Positions 12,856 through 25,778 of a stretch of 64,000 bases of DNA are shown here, in pieces. The notes under the pieces are model-generated. The model had not been told where the DNA came from, did no database searches, and saw only the letters and a program-made list of their open reading frames with translations. Within the stretch, counting starts at the first letter, position 1, and each line of letters begins with the position of its first letter. This DNA is from Styela clava (lineage: Eukaryota): the NCBI RefSeq assembly GCF_964204865.1, contig NC_135262.1:17050001-17114000 (forward strand), in the 5' to 3' direction. Made by a program: the position numbers and the translations under genes.

Positions 12856-13330
12856 TAGGGTTTCACAAACTGGGATGGGTCCGTGATAACTGCACATGGA
12901 GTCAAGCAACGATATATATGAAAAAATTCTCTTTAATGATTGATTTCAATCAAAAAGTCATTGCATTTTTAGTCGAACGTTGTGGACTAATATTCATTAC
13001 TGTCAGAAAAGGCAATTAAAATTTTAATTTTATTGCCTTCTGCAACGACCCAAATGTCCGAAGCTGCATTTCCAGCTCTTACCAACAGGATGACAAAATA
13101 CAGGTCGAGACTTGCCGTAGAGTCGGACCTACAAGTTTGCTTGTCACACATTGTTCCCAGAATTGATAAATTGTGCAGTGAAAAGCAACCTCGTTCATCA
13201 CATTATTGTCGTAACAATATCCTTACTCGTTGGTTATAGGGACAAAAATTGTTACGGCTTAGGATGGGGGTCCGTCAAAATTAAGATTGACCAATGGGGG
13301 TCCGCGGCCCAAAAAGTTTGGGAAACTCTG
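12856..13330 (+). mobile_element. Internally deleted Charlie-type hAT element with transposase C-terminal remnant
   Basis: TIRs tagggtttcacaaact / agtttgggaaactctg; 8-bp TSD ttgtagat / ctgtagat. ORF 13033-13239 (LPSATTQMSEAAFPALT..TKYRSRLAVESDLQVCLS.I.PRIDKLC) matches Charlie/ZBED5-type C-termini. The element is absent from the right arm near 36250. Confidence 0.85.
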
Positions 13331-14332
13331 CTGTAGATGATAACCGTAGTAAGGCCTATTCGTAGGCTTTAGGTTGTTGGGCAGGGTGACGATCTGCTCT
13401 GTCAACTCTGGTATATTTAGAATTCAATATTCAATAAGTATTTCTCAATTTTGGGCTTGTATTTTCGCTTTCGAACAGACAATATAGCTGAAGAAGCCAC
13501 CATGTCTTCTTGTCTATTTCTACTTCCATGTCTACTTCTCTACTTGTCTTCTCTACGAGTTGCAAAGAGGAATAAATAAATATAGTACACCATTCAGTAA
13601 TCATTGAAACAAAGCCAATTGATATTTTTGACTGTTAACTATCATGAAACAAAGCCCGCGATGGCATGAAATATTACTAAAATGTGATCAGGAATCAGGC
13701 AAATATATATAATAAAAATGACAAGTAATGTGTCGAGTGACTTGAGTAAATATTGCAAAACCAAAATCTTGATGAAGTTCAGATTTGAAGTTTTGCTTAT
13801 TGGACTGAAGGCGCATAAAATTTTTATTAAAGTGGTTATTATCAATTGAAGTTTTTTTACAATAAATGCCAATTGAAATTTTACTACAGCATTGTATGTC
13901 TTCAAAATCATTTCAATTTAATATTTGAATTATTGCAATAAAATTACAATAAATATCATTTGATTTTTTGGTCAATCTTGATTTAGCATTGATCAATCTA
14001 TTATTCTGGAACCTGGAAAACGTTGTGATGCTTTATGGCGTATCTTGCTGATGTCACAATTGGCCAGGTGTTCTTGATTATAATTTCCTGTATGGCTCTG
14101 CATGACACATGCCGTCTTACGATATAATTCTTCCAGCAGGCGGTTAGAAATAAACAATACAACAATAGACCGAGAATTGTGACGCTAGTGGTCTTCCGTT
14201 ATCTATGGCCTTCTCTCGACCCCCGAGGCGTAATTTATTGATTATGCTACAGGAAATTGAACTGCGATTTTAGAGTAGAGAAAAGACTAGAAAATTGATG
14301 CGTTTTTGATATGGCATCAGCCGCCCTCGCGA

Positions 14333-14340
14333 TATATAAA
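14333..14340 (+). promoter_or_regulatory. TATA box of H3.3 gene
   Basis: TATATAAA about 85 bp upstream of the ATG. It is mutated to TATAGAAA in the pseudogene copy near 34355. Confidence 0.65.
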
Positions 14341-14411
14341 CTAGACCACTTACGAGTTATTTCATCATTTGATTTGAAATCGCAGTTACATAAGAGTTAT
14401 CTATCTATTGA

Positions 14412-14834
<423 letters not shown>

Positions 14835-16377
14835 TTTTTGAATATGTGTGATATTTATTTTCTCTTCACATTATAGTGGGGTTAATAATAAAGCTTATTT
14901 TGCGTGATATGTAAATGTAATTAACCTATTTATCCAGTGTCCGTTATTTTTTTTACTTCTCGTGACCAACTGCATTTAGTTCGTGCTCTTACTAATAAAC
15001 CCCAATAACGATAACCGTTCGTAACAAAAGATGTAGTTGAAGCGACGAAATTTACATTCCTGGTTCGTGACATTGTAAACACTGTGAAATATTGATTAAG
15101 GAAAGTTCACACGGAGTTAGTTCACGTACAGAGACGTGGATACACCACGGATCTATGCCTTATAAGATTATCAATGATGTGCTCCACGTACATGCAAACA
15201 TTAAACGAGATTCTTGTAGTCGAAGGGCGTTTTTCACTATTTGCTAGATAGTTCGCAATTGAAAACCGCACAATAACTGTTCTAAACAACAAACTCATGG
15301 TAACAAAAGCTGCATCGAATCGAGACCGTTAGATCTTGATACCCGATAATATTACAAACATCGGTATCTTCATTAGTTTTTGTCGTCCGAACGTCACAGA
15401 TATTTCTTGACTCAATTTTATGGCGCGAATTTTCAGACTAAACCAAAGGTTAAAATGTCTCTTCTTGATCAGTAAAATATAAACCCTATTTCCAGCATTA
15501 TGAATGATTAGATTAAACAAAATACTATTAAATATTTGAAAATTGTATTCAATTTGACACAAGTATTTGATGCACTGACCGAATCGCGTGTAATACCAGG
15601 TTACCCTTTGGTATTATTGAAAAGCGGATTCGGAGTAAACTATTTCCAATTGATATGATATTTAAAGAAGATTCAAATGCTATCATGAAACGCTAGTTCT
15701 AACTATTTTACCCTCAACCCTCACACTGATGTGGGGCCAATTGCTAATTTCATGTTTTATATGATTGTGTGATGTTTTTGTATATGATATCCGTAATTTC
15801 CGAAAACTTCAATACAGTCTAATACTCGATGAGTGTTAGCAAAGTGGTGTAAATACAACACATGCGGTTGTTTTGTCTCGAGCCATGATGTAGGTGGGAT
15901 GTATGAAGAAAATTGGTTACTTGGGATTACCATACGCGGGTGTTAAGCGATTTTGGAATTCAAATATTTAAAGTTAATGTAATCAATATGCTGTGTAGAT
16001 TGTGTAACTTACATTAAGAGTCTATATGCTAATGTGTATCTTGGCAATGGATTTGTCCCTTTGTAAGTGCAATAAAAATTTTGTGTCATCAACTAGATGA
16101 CGATTAAATGATTTACATAAGGTATAATTACCGTTCACTTGTCTGAGAAATGAAAACTTGGCGTTTCCGATTAATTATTTTATCGAAAGCGCCGAGGAGC
16201 AAGATTTAGAGCCATATGAAAAGAAATTATAATTTTCTGGCGACAGGCTTATATTATCTTTATCGCCGACTAGCGCGTTTTGAGGATAAAAATCGGGTCA
16301 ATCAATGAGAAGCCACAGTTGTTTGTTTGTTACATCATTGCATAATACTCTCTATTGGTCAAATAATATCTACAAAA

Positions 16378-16629
16378 ATGTCGTCACAAAAAAAAAAGTA
16401 ACTAAACCTCGTCATGTTTCGACTCATCCTAGATACAGAGAAATGATCATCGCTGCAATCAAATCACAAGAAGACAGGATCTTCTCGAGTAATTTATTCG
16501 CAAATATATCGAAGGAAATTTTGATGTCAAGCATCAAGGTTTCACACACATTTGAATAGAAATCTCAAGAAGTTAATTGAATCAGAATTTCTGTTCCATC
16601 CAAAAACTTCACCTGGATGTTACAAAATC
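16378..16629 (+). pseudogene. H1: H1-like pseudogene (subtype II), frameshifted, tail deleted
   Basis: Near-identical to the H1 globular-domain DNA but with several small indels. After ...GCYKI it jumps straight into 3'-flank sequence. Confidence 0.9.
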
Positions 16630-16766
16630 CCTTTTAAACAGAAAAAAATGAGTTTGCGCCATTTGTCGGAAAAAATATCATTAGTTTTCAAAATTTAACC
16701 ATTTGCTTCAGATTTCAGCTATTTCCTGACATCCAACCATTTTTACAGCCTCAACCGTAAAGACAG

Positions 16767-17610
16767 TTGCACCTGCAAATTTTTAGACCCACCAAACTTT
16801 TCACCCGTACATTTGCACCCACGGACATTTACACCCGACGTACATTTGAGCCCATGGATTTTCGCACAGTGAACATTCACACAATCCGTTTAAATTTACT
16901 CGCATATTGCCATTTTCCTACGAAGGATGTACATTCTAATGATATAACCTGTAATGAAATCGAACTCATTGCAAACACACACGAGATTAATTTGGATTTT
17001 CATCCATTGACCAGATTAAAAAACATCATGTAACGGTAGACAACATTATTGGTGCAAATGTTCGTAGAGGGGAACGTCCATGTATGTAATGTCCATGGGT
17101 GCAAACGTACATGGGTGCAAACATACATTCGTGCAAATGCCCATGAGTGCAACGTAGATGGGTGCACATGTCAATGGGCACTAACATATAAGTGTACAAA
17201 CGTACATGGGGCAGACGTTCACGGGTGCAAACGTGCATGGGTACGCAAACGTAGATGGGTACAAAAGGAAAAGGACATGGGTTCTAACGTTCTAACGAGT
17301 GCAAACGTGCATGGATCAAACTTACATTGGTGCAAATGTCCATGGGCGCAGACGTATATGGGTATAAATGTATATGGGTTCAAACGTAGCCTACTTTCGT
17401 GCAAATGTTCATGAGCGCAAACGTATATGGGTACAGACTTCCTGGTTTCAAACGTTCACGGGTGCAAAAATGGGTACGAACGTACATTGGTGCAAATTTC
17501 CATGCGTGCGGACGTAGCCTATATGGATACAAACGTACATGGGTGTAAATGTTTATGGCTACAAATGTACATGGATTCTTATATAAGTGGATGCAAATGT
17601 ACGTACAAGG
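16767..17610. repeat. Foldback-like array of about 20-bp repeats
   Basis: catttgcaccc-type units at 16767-16880 face catgggtgcaaacgta-type units at 17050-17610 across a spacer. Confidence 0.8.
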
Positions 17611-18742
17611 GAGGAGATGGATCGCAAAGTCAGTTTCATAAACATTCTCTCGGTCCAGACATAGTTGCAATTGCATGCTTCGTCGCATCAAATGATTCTA
17701 TTAGCTCTTCGAACAAAAATATGTAAAATTTCAAAAAATCGTGATTTACTGAGATCACATTAAGAGAGCTTTCCTCCAAGTAGGTGTAATAGATTTAGAT
17801 GTAATGTACACCACTGTGTGGCGTAAAGGCGCACAAAAATGGTTATATTTGAGTTCTTATCACTATGGATCTTTCCCCGAACATTGACTTCCTTGTTTAT
17901 TTCGTGACATTGGCCAATCAGCAAAATACAAAAAGTGACGTAACAATGCTCCCTTTTCGCATCTGCTCAGACACTATTCTCACTCAGACAGATTTTCAAG
18001 CGCGGTCGTAAACATTACCTCGTTTTCGCGTTTTTGAACTCTATTCGTTAGTTTTCTGTTGTGTTTCGGAAACTTAAATATGAATCAGATAATTCAATGA
18101 TCACTCTGTCTTCCCAGGAGTTTTAATTTAATTGCAGTAATAATAAATTAGTGTAGAAATAGCTGTGATAGACTAAGCTAAAATTCTTTACCGGTACTTT
18201 TAAAGAAAACATTGTTGTATGCGATGAATCATAATGATTATTTGTAACATATACCTCATTTTACAGGCGCAAACTTGCAAAAGCACTTTTAAAATAGCCC
18301 TGAAAATTTTGCAATGGTAAAGTATAGAAGAAATTTTTCGGGGGTCAAAGGTCGGGGAAAGGTCCATACGCAGGTAATAACGTCACCACAGTCACAAGTC
18401 TCTGAATTTCACGAAATTTTAACATTATAATTTATGTGAATTTAGTATTTACATACAACAAGAAGTCTACTGAATGCGTGTCCTGGCAATGGATTAAATG
18501 TATTTGTAAACCGAGAGACATCGTGTTCATAGGATTTTCAATTAGATTTCAATGGATTAGATATAATTATTATTTATTTGTTTAACAATTGAAAATCTTG
18601 CGTTCCAGATTAATTATCGAATCGGGAGGACGACATACCATCCTTCAACATTTACATACATATCCACCAGCCTATGAAGTAGACGAGGTTTTATTGTCAT
18701 TTTTATACGAGATATGTACATTCTAATGTTATACCCTGTAAT

Positions 18743-18921
18743 CAGTGGTGGGATTCAATTTTTTTGTCAACTGGTTTCATCACAAAAGTCATATTTTTCA
18801 GCCGGTCGTGTTACAAACTGAACATTGACAGTAACCAGTAAGTTAACCGGTTCGCTGATCTCATAAAATTCTGTGAGACGGGTCTATATAACCGGTGCGA
18901 ACCGGCTGGATCCCACCACTG
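18743..18921. mobile_element. hAT-type MITE (179 bp)
   Basis: TIR cagtggtgggat / atcccaccactg; 8-bp TSD cctgtaat / cctgtgat. The paralogous unit at about 16950 has the empty site. Confidence 0.85.
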
Positions 18922-20948
18922 CCTGTGATGGTGGCGAATTCATTGTAAACACACACGAGATTAATTCGGATTTACATCCATAGACTTAGTTTGGTCAAAA
19001 TCTTGAACCAGACGAAAAAGATCACGCAACAGTGGCAACATTATCGGTGTAACTGTACGTAGATGCAACAATATATGGAAATGTCCATTGGTGCTAACGT
19101 ACATGTGTACAAACTTACATAAGTGAAAATGTTTATGGATGCAAATGTCCCTGGGTGCAAAGTATGCAGGTACAAGTGCCCGTACAAGTGCCCTGGGTGC
19201 AGTTGAGGGGTGCGCAAGTGCCGGGACATTTGTACGGGGGTGCAAATGTTCTGTTAATTAACAGCAAACAGTTTTGGCGCAAAAGAGCAGACAGCCCCAT
19301 GAAATTTGTCTCGATCCACATATAGTTGCAACTGAATGCTTCATCGCATAAATTGATTCTCTTAACTCATTGAACAAAAATATCCGAAATATCGAAAATC
19401 GTAATTTACTGAGCTGTGCTTCAATACTCATTAAGTTTCTTTAATAGTAGGTGTAATATACGCCAATGTATGCCGTAGAGCCGGGAGAAACAGTGGTTAC
19501 ATTAAAGTTCATGCGCAGGTAAAAACGTAACCTCAGTAAAAGGATTTTGAATTTCAAAATATTACAATTAATGTGAGTTTTCTATGAACATACAATAATA
19601 AGTGTAAGTAATGCATGTTCTGGCTAGAGATTTGTTCAAAAAGAATTGTTTTAAAACAATTGTTTTGAATCAAGTTTTTTTTTGCCTGTTTTATTCGAAA
19701 TGCCTGTATTATTTGATTTTTTTGTAATAAATAGGTTGAAGAAAAATGAATGTAAAAACTTGCCAAGCGCATCTTATTTGCAATAAATCCCTCAAAACGC
19801 CACAAATATCGATAGAGGCTTATATACACACCATCTCAAGCTGTAGTTCAGTGGTTTGCGCAGTAAGACGCAACCGATAAGCCATTACGACCCTGCTACG
19901 ACAAAACCACCTAGCGAAAATTGAGATGCGATCGAATAAATGAGTTTGTATAACCTTAAAAATCTCTATCACTTCAACCTTAAAACCGAAGTATGTTAAG
20001 CATAAACTAACCGAAAAGTATTAACCGTAATACTGCCTTCATTTTATGAGAAAATGCCAATACATGAACTCGAAATCCATATTATGGCGCTGTAACAGAT
20101 TAGTTGTGGCGTCTTTGCATCAGAGGAGCCTTGCAATTGGCATAGGCTAGGCTAGGGTGTCACATCGTTTATATCAGTAGATTGCCGGCGATATGGGCAT
20201 ATTCTTTATTATCGCAACCCACTCGTTTTGCCGGAAGCTGCCCTTGATCTAATTGCTTTTGTAGTAGGCTCCTGAGCTAAGTTCCATGATTTTTCTTACT
20301 CAAAACGTCTTCGGATATCTCGGATAAACATTCCGGTTAAAATTTTATGACTTTGGTGGAGATACAAACGTTGCGATAAATGTACGCATTAGAAGTAAAA
20401 GTCAAAATAAGAATTTTTACTTACATTTTTGAAATTATAATTCCGGCTGCGTGTGCAGCTGCCAGAATGCAACGTTTTGGCGTAGTTTCGCGGCGATACA
20501 ATGGGTATTTCAAAAAAAAATGCAAATAATACAGAAAAAAATTGATTTAAAACGAGCCCTTGTTTAAACACGATGTTTTTTTTAAATAGATAAAAAACAA
20601 AACCCTAGTCCTGGCAATGGATCAAATGTATTCGGAAATACAATTACAAATTTGTTTCATTAACCAAAAGAGACATCGTGTTTGAAGGATTTTCAATTAG
20701 ATCTATAATTAGTGTTTATTTGCTCAACAATTGAAAATCTTGCGTACCAGATTTATTATCTTATCGGAAGAGCGAGGTGCAAGATTCATAGTTATATACT
20801 AAGCAATCATGAATGTCTGGAGTCATATTTGTATTATCGTTATCGTTGTCTTGCGCCTTTGGAGAATAAAAATCAGGCGAATCAATAAGAAGATTACAGT
20901 TGACTGTTTGCTAATCCTTTACATGAAATTCTCTATTAGTCTGCAAAA

Positions 20949-21518
20949 ATGTCATCACCACAGAAGACCAAAGCAACTAAACCCCGTCACGTTCCGACTC
21001 ATCCTGGATACAAAGAAATGATAATCGCTGCAATCAAATCACAAGAAGAAAAGAAAGGATCTTCTCGAGTATTTATACGCAAATATATCGAAGAAAATTT
21101 CGAAGCCAAGCAACAAGGTTTCACCAAACATTTGAATAGAAATCTCAAGAAATTAATTGAATCAGAATTTCTGTTCCATCCAAAAACTTCACTTGGATGT
21201 TACAAAATCAACAAAGCTGAACTCGCTAAAGAAGAAAAGGAAGCCAAGGCGAAAGTAAGAGCTGCAATCAAGAAGCAGCAGGCCAAAGAAAAACTCGAAA
21301 AACAAAAATTGAAACAAGCCCAAAAGAAACAAGTGACAAAGAAAATTGCTAAAAAGAAAACAAAAAAGACAACAAAAACAGTAAAATCAAAAGTTGAAAG
21401 CAAACCAGAAAAGTCTGACAAGGACTCTAAGAAAAAGACAAAGAAAACAATTACCAAGAAAAAAGTGGGAACTTCAAAGAAGACCCAGAAAAAGTCAGCA
21501 AAAATTTCGACCAAGTAG
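20949..21518 (+). CDS. H1: Linker histone H1-like protein, subtype II (189 aa)
   Basis: Intact ORF with the same H15 domain as 11080-11709 and a different Lys/Thr-rich tail. AATAAA at 21590-21595. Confidence 0.92.
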   Translation: MSSPQKTKATKPRHVPTHPGYKEMIIAAIKSQEEKKGSSRVFIRKYIEENFEAKQQGFTKHLNRNLKKLIESEFLFHPKTSLGCYKINKAELAKEEKEAKAKVRAAIKKQQAKEKLEKQKLKQAQKKQVTKKIAKKKTKKTTKTVKSKVESKPEKSDKDSKKKTKKTITKKKVGTSKKTQKKSAKISTK

Positions 21519-24010
21519 AAAGATTAGCATTTCGAGCAATCAGTTCAATATTTTAATGTATTGTCCTTGTTTTATTTTTATACATTACTAATAAATTCAT
21601 CAATTCACCAGTCAGTTTGAACACCGACTTTTTCTACATTGTGCATCATTATACCACTTTCGAGATCATTTTTGAACGGAAGAAAATTGAGATTGCGTTA
21701 TTTGTCGAGAAATCTATCTTTAGTTTTGCCATAATACCACTTTATTATCAATGAAAATTTAACCAATTTCAGCTTACAACTATAATTTTACGTCAGTTAG
21801 TCGGCCCACAAGTCCCAAAATCTTTACATCCGCGTACATTTGCAACCGCAAACTCCACCAAGTACAGTTGCACCCATACATTGGTACTCATATATATATT
21901 TCACCTACGTAAACTTTCACCAAAGGACATTTGATCCCACGTACATTTTGGGCCACGGAAATTTGAGGGTATGTGAATTTGCACCCACGAACATTTGCAC
22001 TCACAAAAATTTGCACCAGCAGACAATTGTAGCGAATTACATTTGAGCTCATTGATTTTTGCACCCGTGAACATTCACACCTCCGTTAAAATTTTCAACC
22101 ATAGACACCAGGTTTTGGTTTTATTGCCAACTTCTAGTACTTTCCCAATGCGAATATTGCCGAATACAATTAACAATACAATAAAACTTTCCTATAACAG
22201 TTGGAAATTGTGAATATAGGCGCAGATGAGTCAAGTTAAATCCACCAGTCAGTTTGAACACCGGAAGATTTTTGACACATTGTGCATCATCAGTATACCA
22301 AATTCAAAATCATGGTTACCAACAAAAAAATAAGTTTATGGCTTTTGTCGGGAAATCTATCTTTAGTTTTGCCGTAATACCACTTTAATATCAATCAAAA
22401 TTTAACCACGTGGTTCAGCTTTTAGCTATATCCCGACAATTCATCGAATCATATTCAACTATCATAACATTGCCTCATATCAGTTGGTCACGGTTAATCA
22501 TCAGTTGACCATCAGTTGGTCACTCATCAGTTGGTCCACAGATGTCCATTATACCACTTTTAAAATCAATTTTGAGCAGGAGAAAATTGAGGTTGCGTCT
22601 TTTGTCGAGAAATCTATCTTTAGTTTTGCCATAACACCACGTTATTATCAATCAAAATTTAACCAATTTCAGCTTACAGCTATAATTTCACGCCAGTTGT
22701 TCGGCACACAGGTCCTATTATCTTTACATCCGCGTACATTTGCAACCGCAAACTACACCAAGTACAATTGCACCCATACATTGGTACTCATATACATATT
22801 TCACCTACGTAAATTTGCACCCGCAAACAATTGCACAGACTTACATTTAAGTCCGTGGTTTTTGCACTCGTGAACATTTACACCTCCGTTAAAAGTTTCA
22901 CCCATAGACACCAGTCTTGCGGTTTATTGTCATTTTCCTACGTGAGATATACTAGCTAATGTTGTAACATGTAATGAAAGCGAACTTCTAGTACGAAGAC
23001 AAATTTCGGGTTTGTCAACTGATCAGAAATTCTAATACCAGTCAGTTTGAGGTAGCTTTCATTCAAAATACAAGGCTAAAAATAGCCAAACAAAAGTTTA
23101 TTCATGAAAGATCATGCAAATGCTTTACTATACAGTATATGCACTGTGTATAGTGCGTTAGTTGTATATTTGGTTGACTGTACTGTGCATATTTTGTTTG
23201 TCATTTCGTACCCGGGCCGAATTTAGACGATGAGAACTCGTTAGGGCCTAGGCTACGCTGCTTGTGGGACCCTATTTAACAATGGCCTATTTAATAATGT
23301 CGTCACGAAGAATCATTTATTATACCATATATACTGTATTTTTTGTATAATGAAAAATAAAAATCATCCACTAGATCGGATACTAAGTTGAATTTAAAAA
23401 CACTTTAGAAAATTTGAAGCTGTGTGAAAACTCACGACACTAGAAAACCTGACGTCATAATAACCGTTTCTAGTCACAATCTTTTATCTTTCAAAAGTAA
23501 AGGCATTATTCCGATAAAAACTAATTAATAAATTCATATTATCATGTTTCGTTTAGGTTAAGCGGTAAAATGTTTCAAATTCAAACGAATTCATTTGTTC
23601 TACCGTATTTATTTTTTTCAAACGGTAAATATTTGGGATAAAAATTGTAAAACGGATTGAAATATTAAACAAAAAACAGCTTTTAAACTATTAAACGAGC
23701 CTTGGAACGAGCCTTCAAAATGTTAAAACAACTGAAGATGATTAATAATTGAATGCCTTATGGCTATAATAATTGTTTATTTGTTTGACAATTGAAAACC
23801 TTGAGTTTCAAGTTATTTATCTTATCGAAAGGCCGAGGCGCGAGATTTGGAGCCCCATGCGGAGCAATAAAAAATTTTCTGGTGTCATATTCGTATTATC
23901 GTTATTGCTGCCTTGCGCTTTTGGAGAATAAAAATCGGGTTTATCAATAAAAATATTACAGTTGACTATTTGCTACATCATTGCATGATACTCTTTCTTA
24001 GTCTGCAAAA

Positions 24011-24568
24011 ATGTCGTCACCACAGAACACCAAAGCAACTAAACCTCGTCTTGTTCCGACTCATCCTGGATACAAATAAATGATAATCGCTGCAATCAAA
24101 TCGCAAGAAGAAAAGAAAGGATCCTCACGAGTATTTATTCGAAAATATATCGAAAAAAATTTTGATGTCAAGCAACAAGGTTTCACCACACATTTGAATA
24201 GAAATCTCAAGAAGTTGATTGATTCAGAATTTCTTTTTCATCCAAAAACTTCACCCGGATGTTATAAAATCAACAAAGCGGAACTCGCTAAAGAAGAAAA
24301 GAAAGCCAAGGCAAAAGTAAAAGCTGCAATCAAGAAGCAGCAGGTTAAAGAAAAACTCGAAATACAAAAATCAAAACAAGCCGAAAAGGAACAAGTAACA
24401 AAGAAAATTGCCAAAAAGAATACTGCAAGTGCAACAAAGACAACAAAAATAGTAAAATCGAAAGAGGCAAGCAAACCAAAAAAGTCCGACAATGGCTCCA
24501 AGAAAACGATTACCAAGAAAAAAGTGGGGACTCCAAAAAAGGCTCAGAAAAAGACAACGAAAAAATAG
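24011..24568 (+). pseudogene. H1: H1-like subtype II copy with a nonsense codon at codon 23
   Basis: ATG at 24011. GAA>TAA at 24077-24079 is followed immediately by an in-frame ATG (24080) opening a 162-aa ORF. An earlier TAG also trims the last residues. Confidence 0.85.
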
Positions 24569-24789
24569 ATAAAGTAGAAAGATGAGCATTTCGAAAAACA
24601 AGTTCATTGTTTATGCATTACCATTGTTTTATTTTTATACGTGATTAATACAATTCATCAATCCACCAGTCAGTGTGAACTCCGAAAGAAAGAAGACTTT
24701 CGCTACATTGTGGTATCAGTATACCGCTTTCAAAATCACGATTAAAAAGAAAAAATTGAGTTTGAGGTATTCGCAATCGTTAACTGCCC

Positions 24790-25600
24790 CTGGGACATTT
24801 GCAACCATAATTTGGTACTCATATACAGATTGCACCTACGTATATTTGCTCACAAGTACATTTGCGGTCACGTACGAGTGTACCCACATATATTTGTACT
24901 CGTGAACATATGTATATCCATAACCCACCAATAGACAGACATACGTATACCGATGGATTTTGCACAGTTATTATTTACATCCGTTACCATGTACAGAAAT
25001 AGTCATTTTCCTTCGAGAGATGTACATTCATATGTTATAACCTGACTTTGGATTTTCATCCATGGAATTAGGTTGAGCAAAATCTCGGACCAGGTGAAAA
25101 ACATCATGTGGTGGTAGACACCATTATGGGTGCAAACGTACATTGATGCAAATGTCCATGGATGTAAAGCACACTAGTTCAAAGCACATTGATGCAAACG
25201 TTCATTGATGCAAATGTCCTTGGGTGCAAACTTATATGGGCACAAACGTACATGGGGGCAAAGTATATGAGTACAAGCGTACATAAGGGCAAACGTCCTT
25301 GGGTGCAAACGTACATGGATACAAACGTACATGGGTGCAAACGTGCATGAGTGCAAACGTACATGGGTTCAAACTCACGCGAAGGTAAATGTACGTAAAT
25401 GCAAATTTCTCTATGTACAAACGTACATGAGTGCAATCGAACATGGGTGCAAATGTTCATGGGTGCAAACGTACATGGGTTCAAACTTACGCGAGAGAAA
25501 ATGTACGTGCATGAAAGTGTACGTGAGTGCAAATGTCCCTCGGTGCAAAAGTAGGCATTTGAAAATACCCTGGGTGAAATTGTACAAATATGCAAATGTT
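24790..25600. repeat. Foldback-like array of about 20-bp repeats (paralogue of 16767-17610)
   Basis: catttgc-type units at 24790-24910 and catgggtgcaaacgta units at 25125-25600, with the same spacer as the 16.9-kb copy. Confidence 0.8.
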
Positions 25601-25778
25601 ATGTCAACGGCAAAGAGTTTTGGGGCAGAACGACAGACACTCTCAAAAAATTTGTCGTGATCCACATATAGTTGCAATCAAATGCTTCATTGGATTAAAT
25701 GATCAAAACATCTTGAAGTTCAAAATCGAATTTTACTGAGGGCTGTCCCTCAGTACTCAATGACTAGCCCATGCTGTA

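Noticed and set aside
14835-14900. Histone 3' stem-loop after H3 or any H1
   Set aside because: No GGYYYTTYTNARRRCC-type hairpin was found by eye; polyA signals are present instead.
17050-17610. Regularly spaced short repeats suggestive of a CRISPR array
   Set aside because: Units are contiguous and degenerate with no unique spacers, there are no cas genes, and the context is eukaryotic.
17026-25677. Cys/His/Thr-rich ORFs resembling metal-binding proteins
   Set aside because: They are translations of the 20-bp repeat arrays and appear in several frames on both strands.
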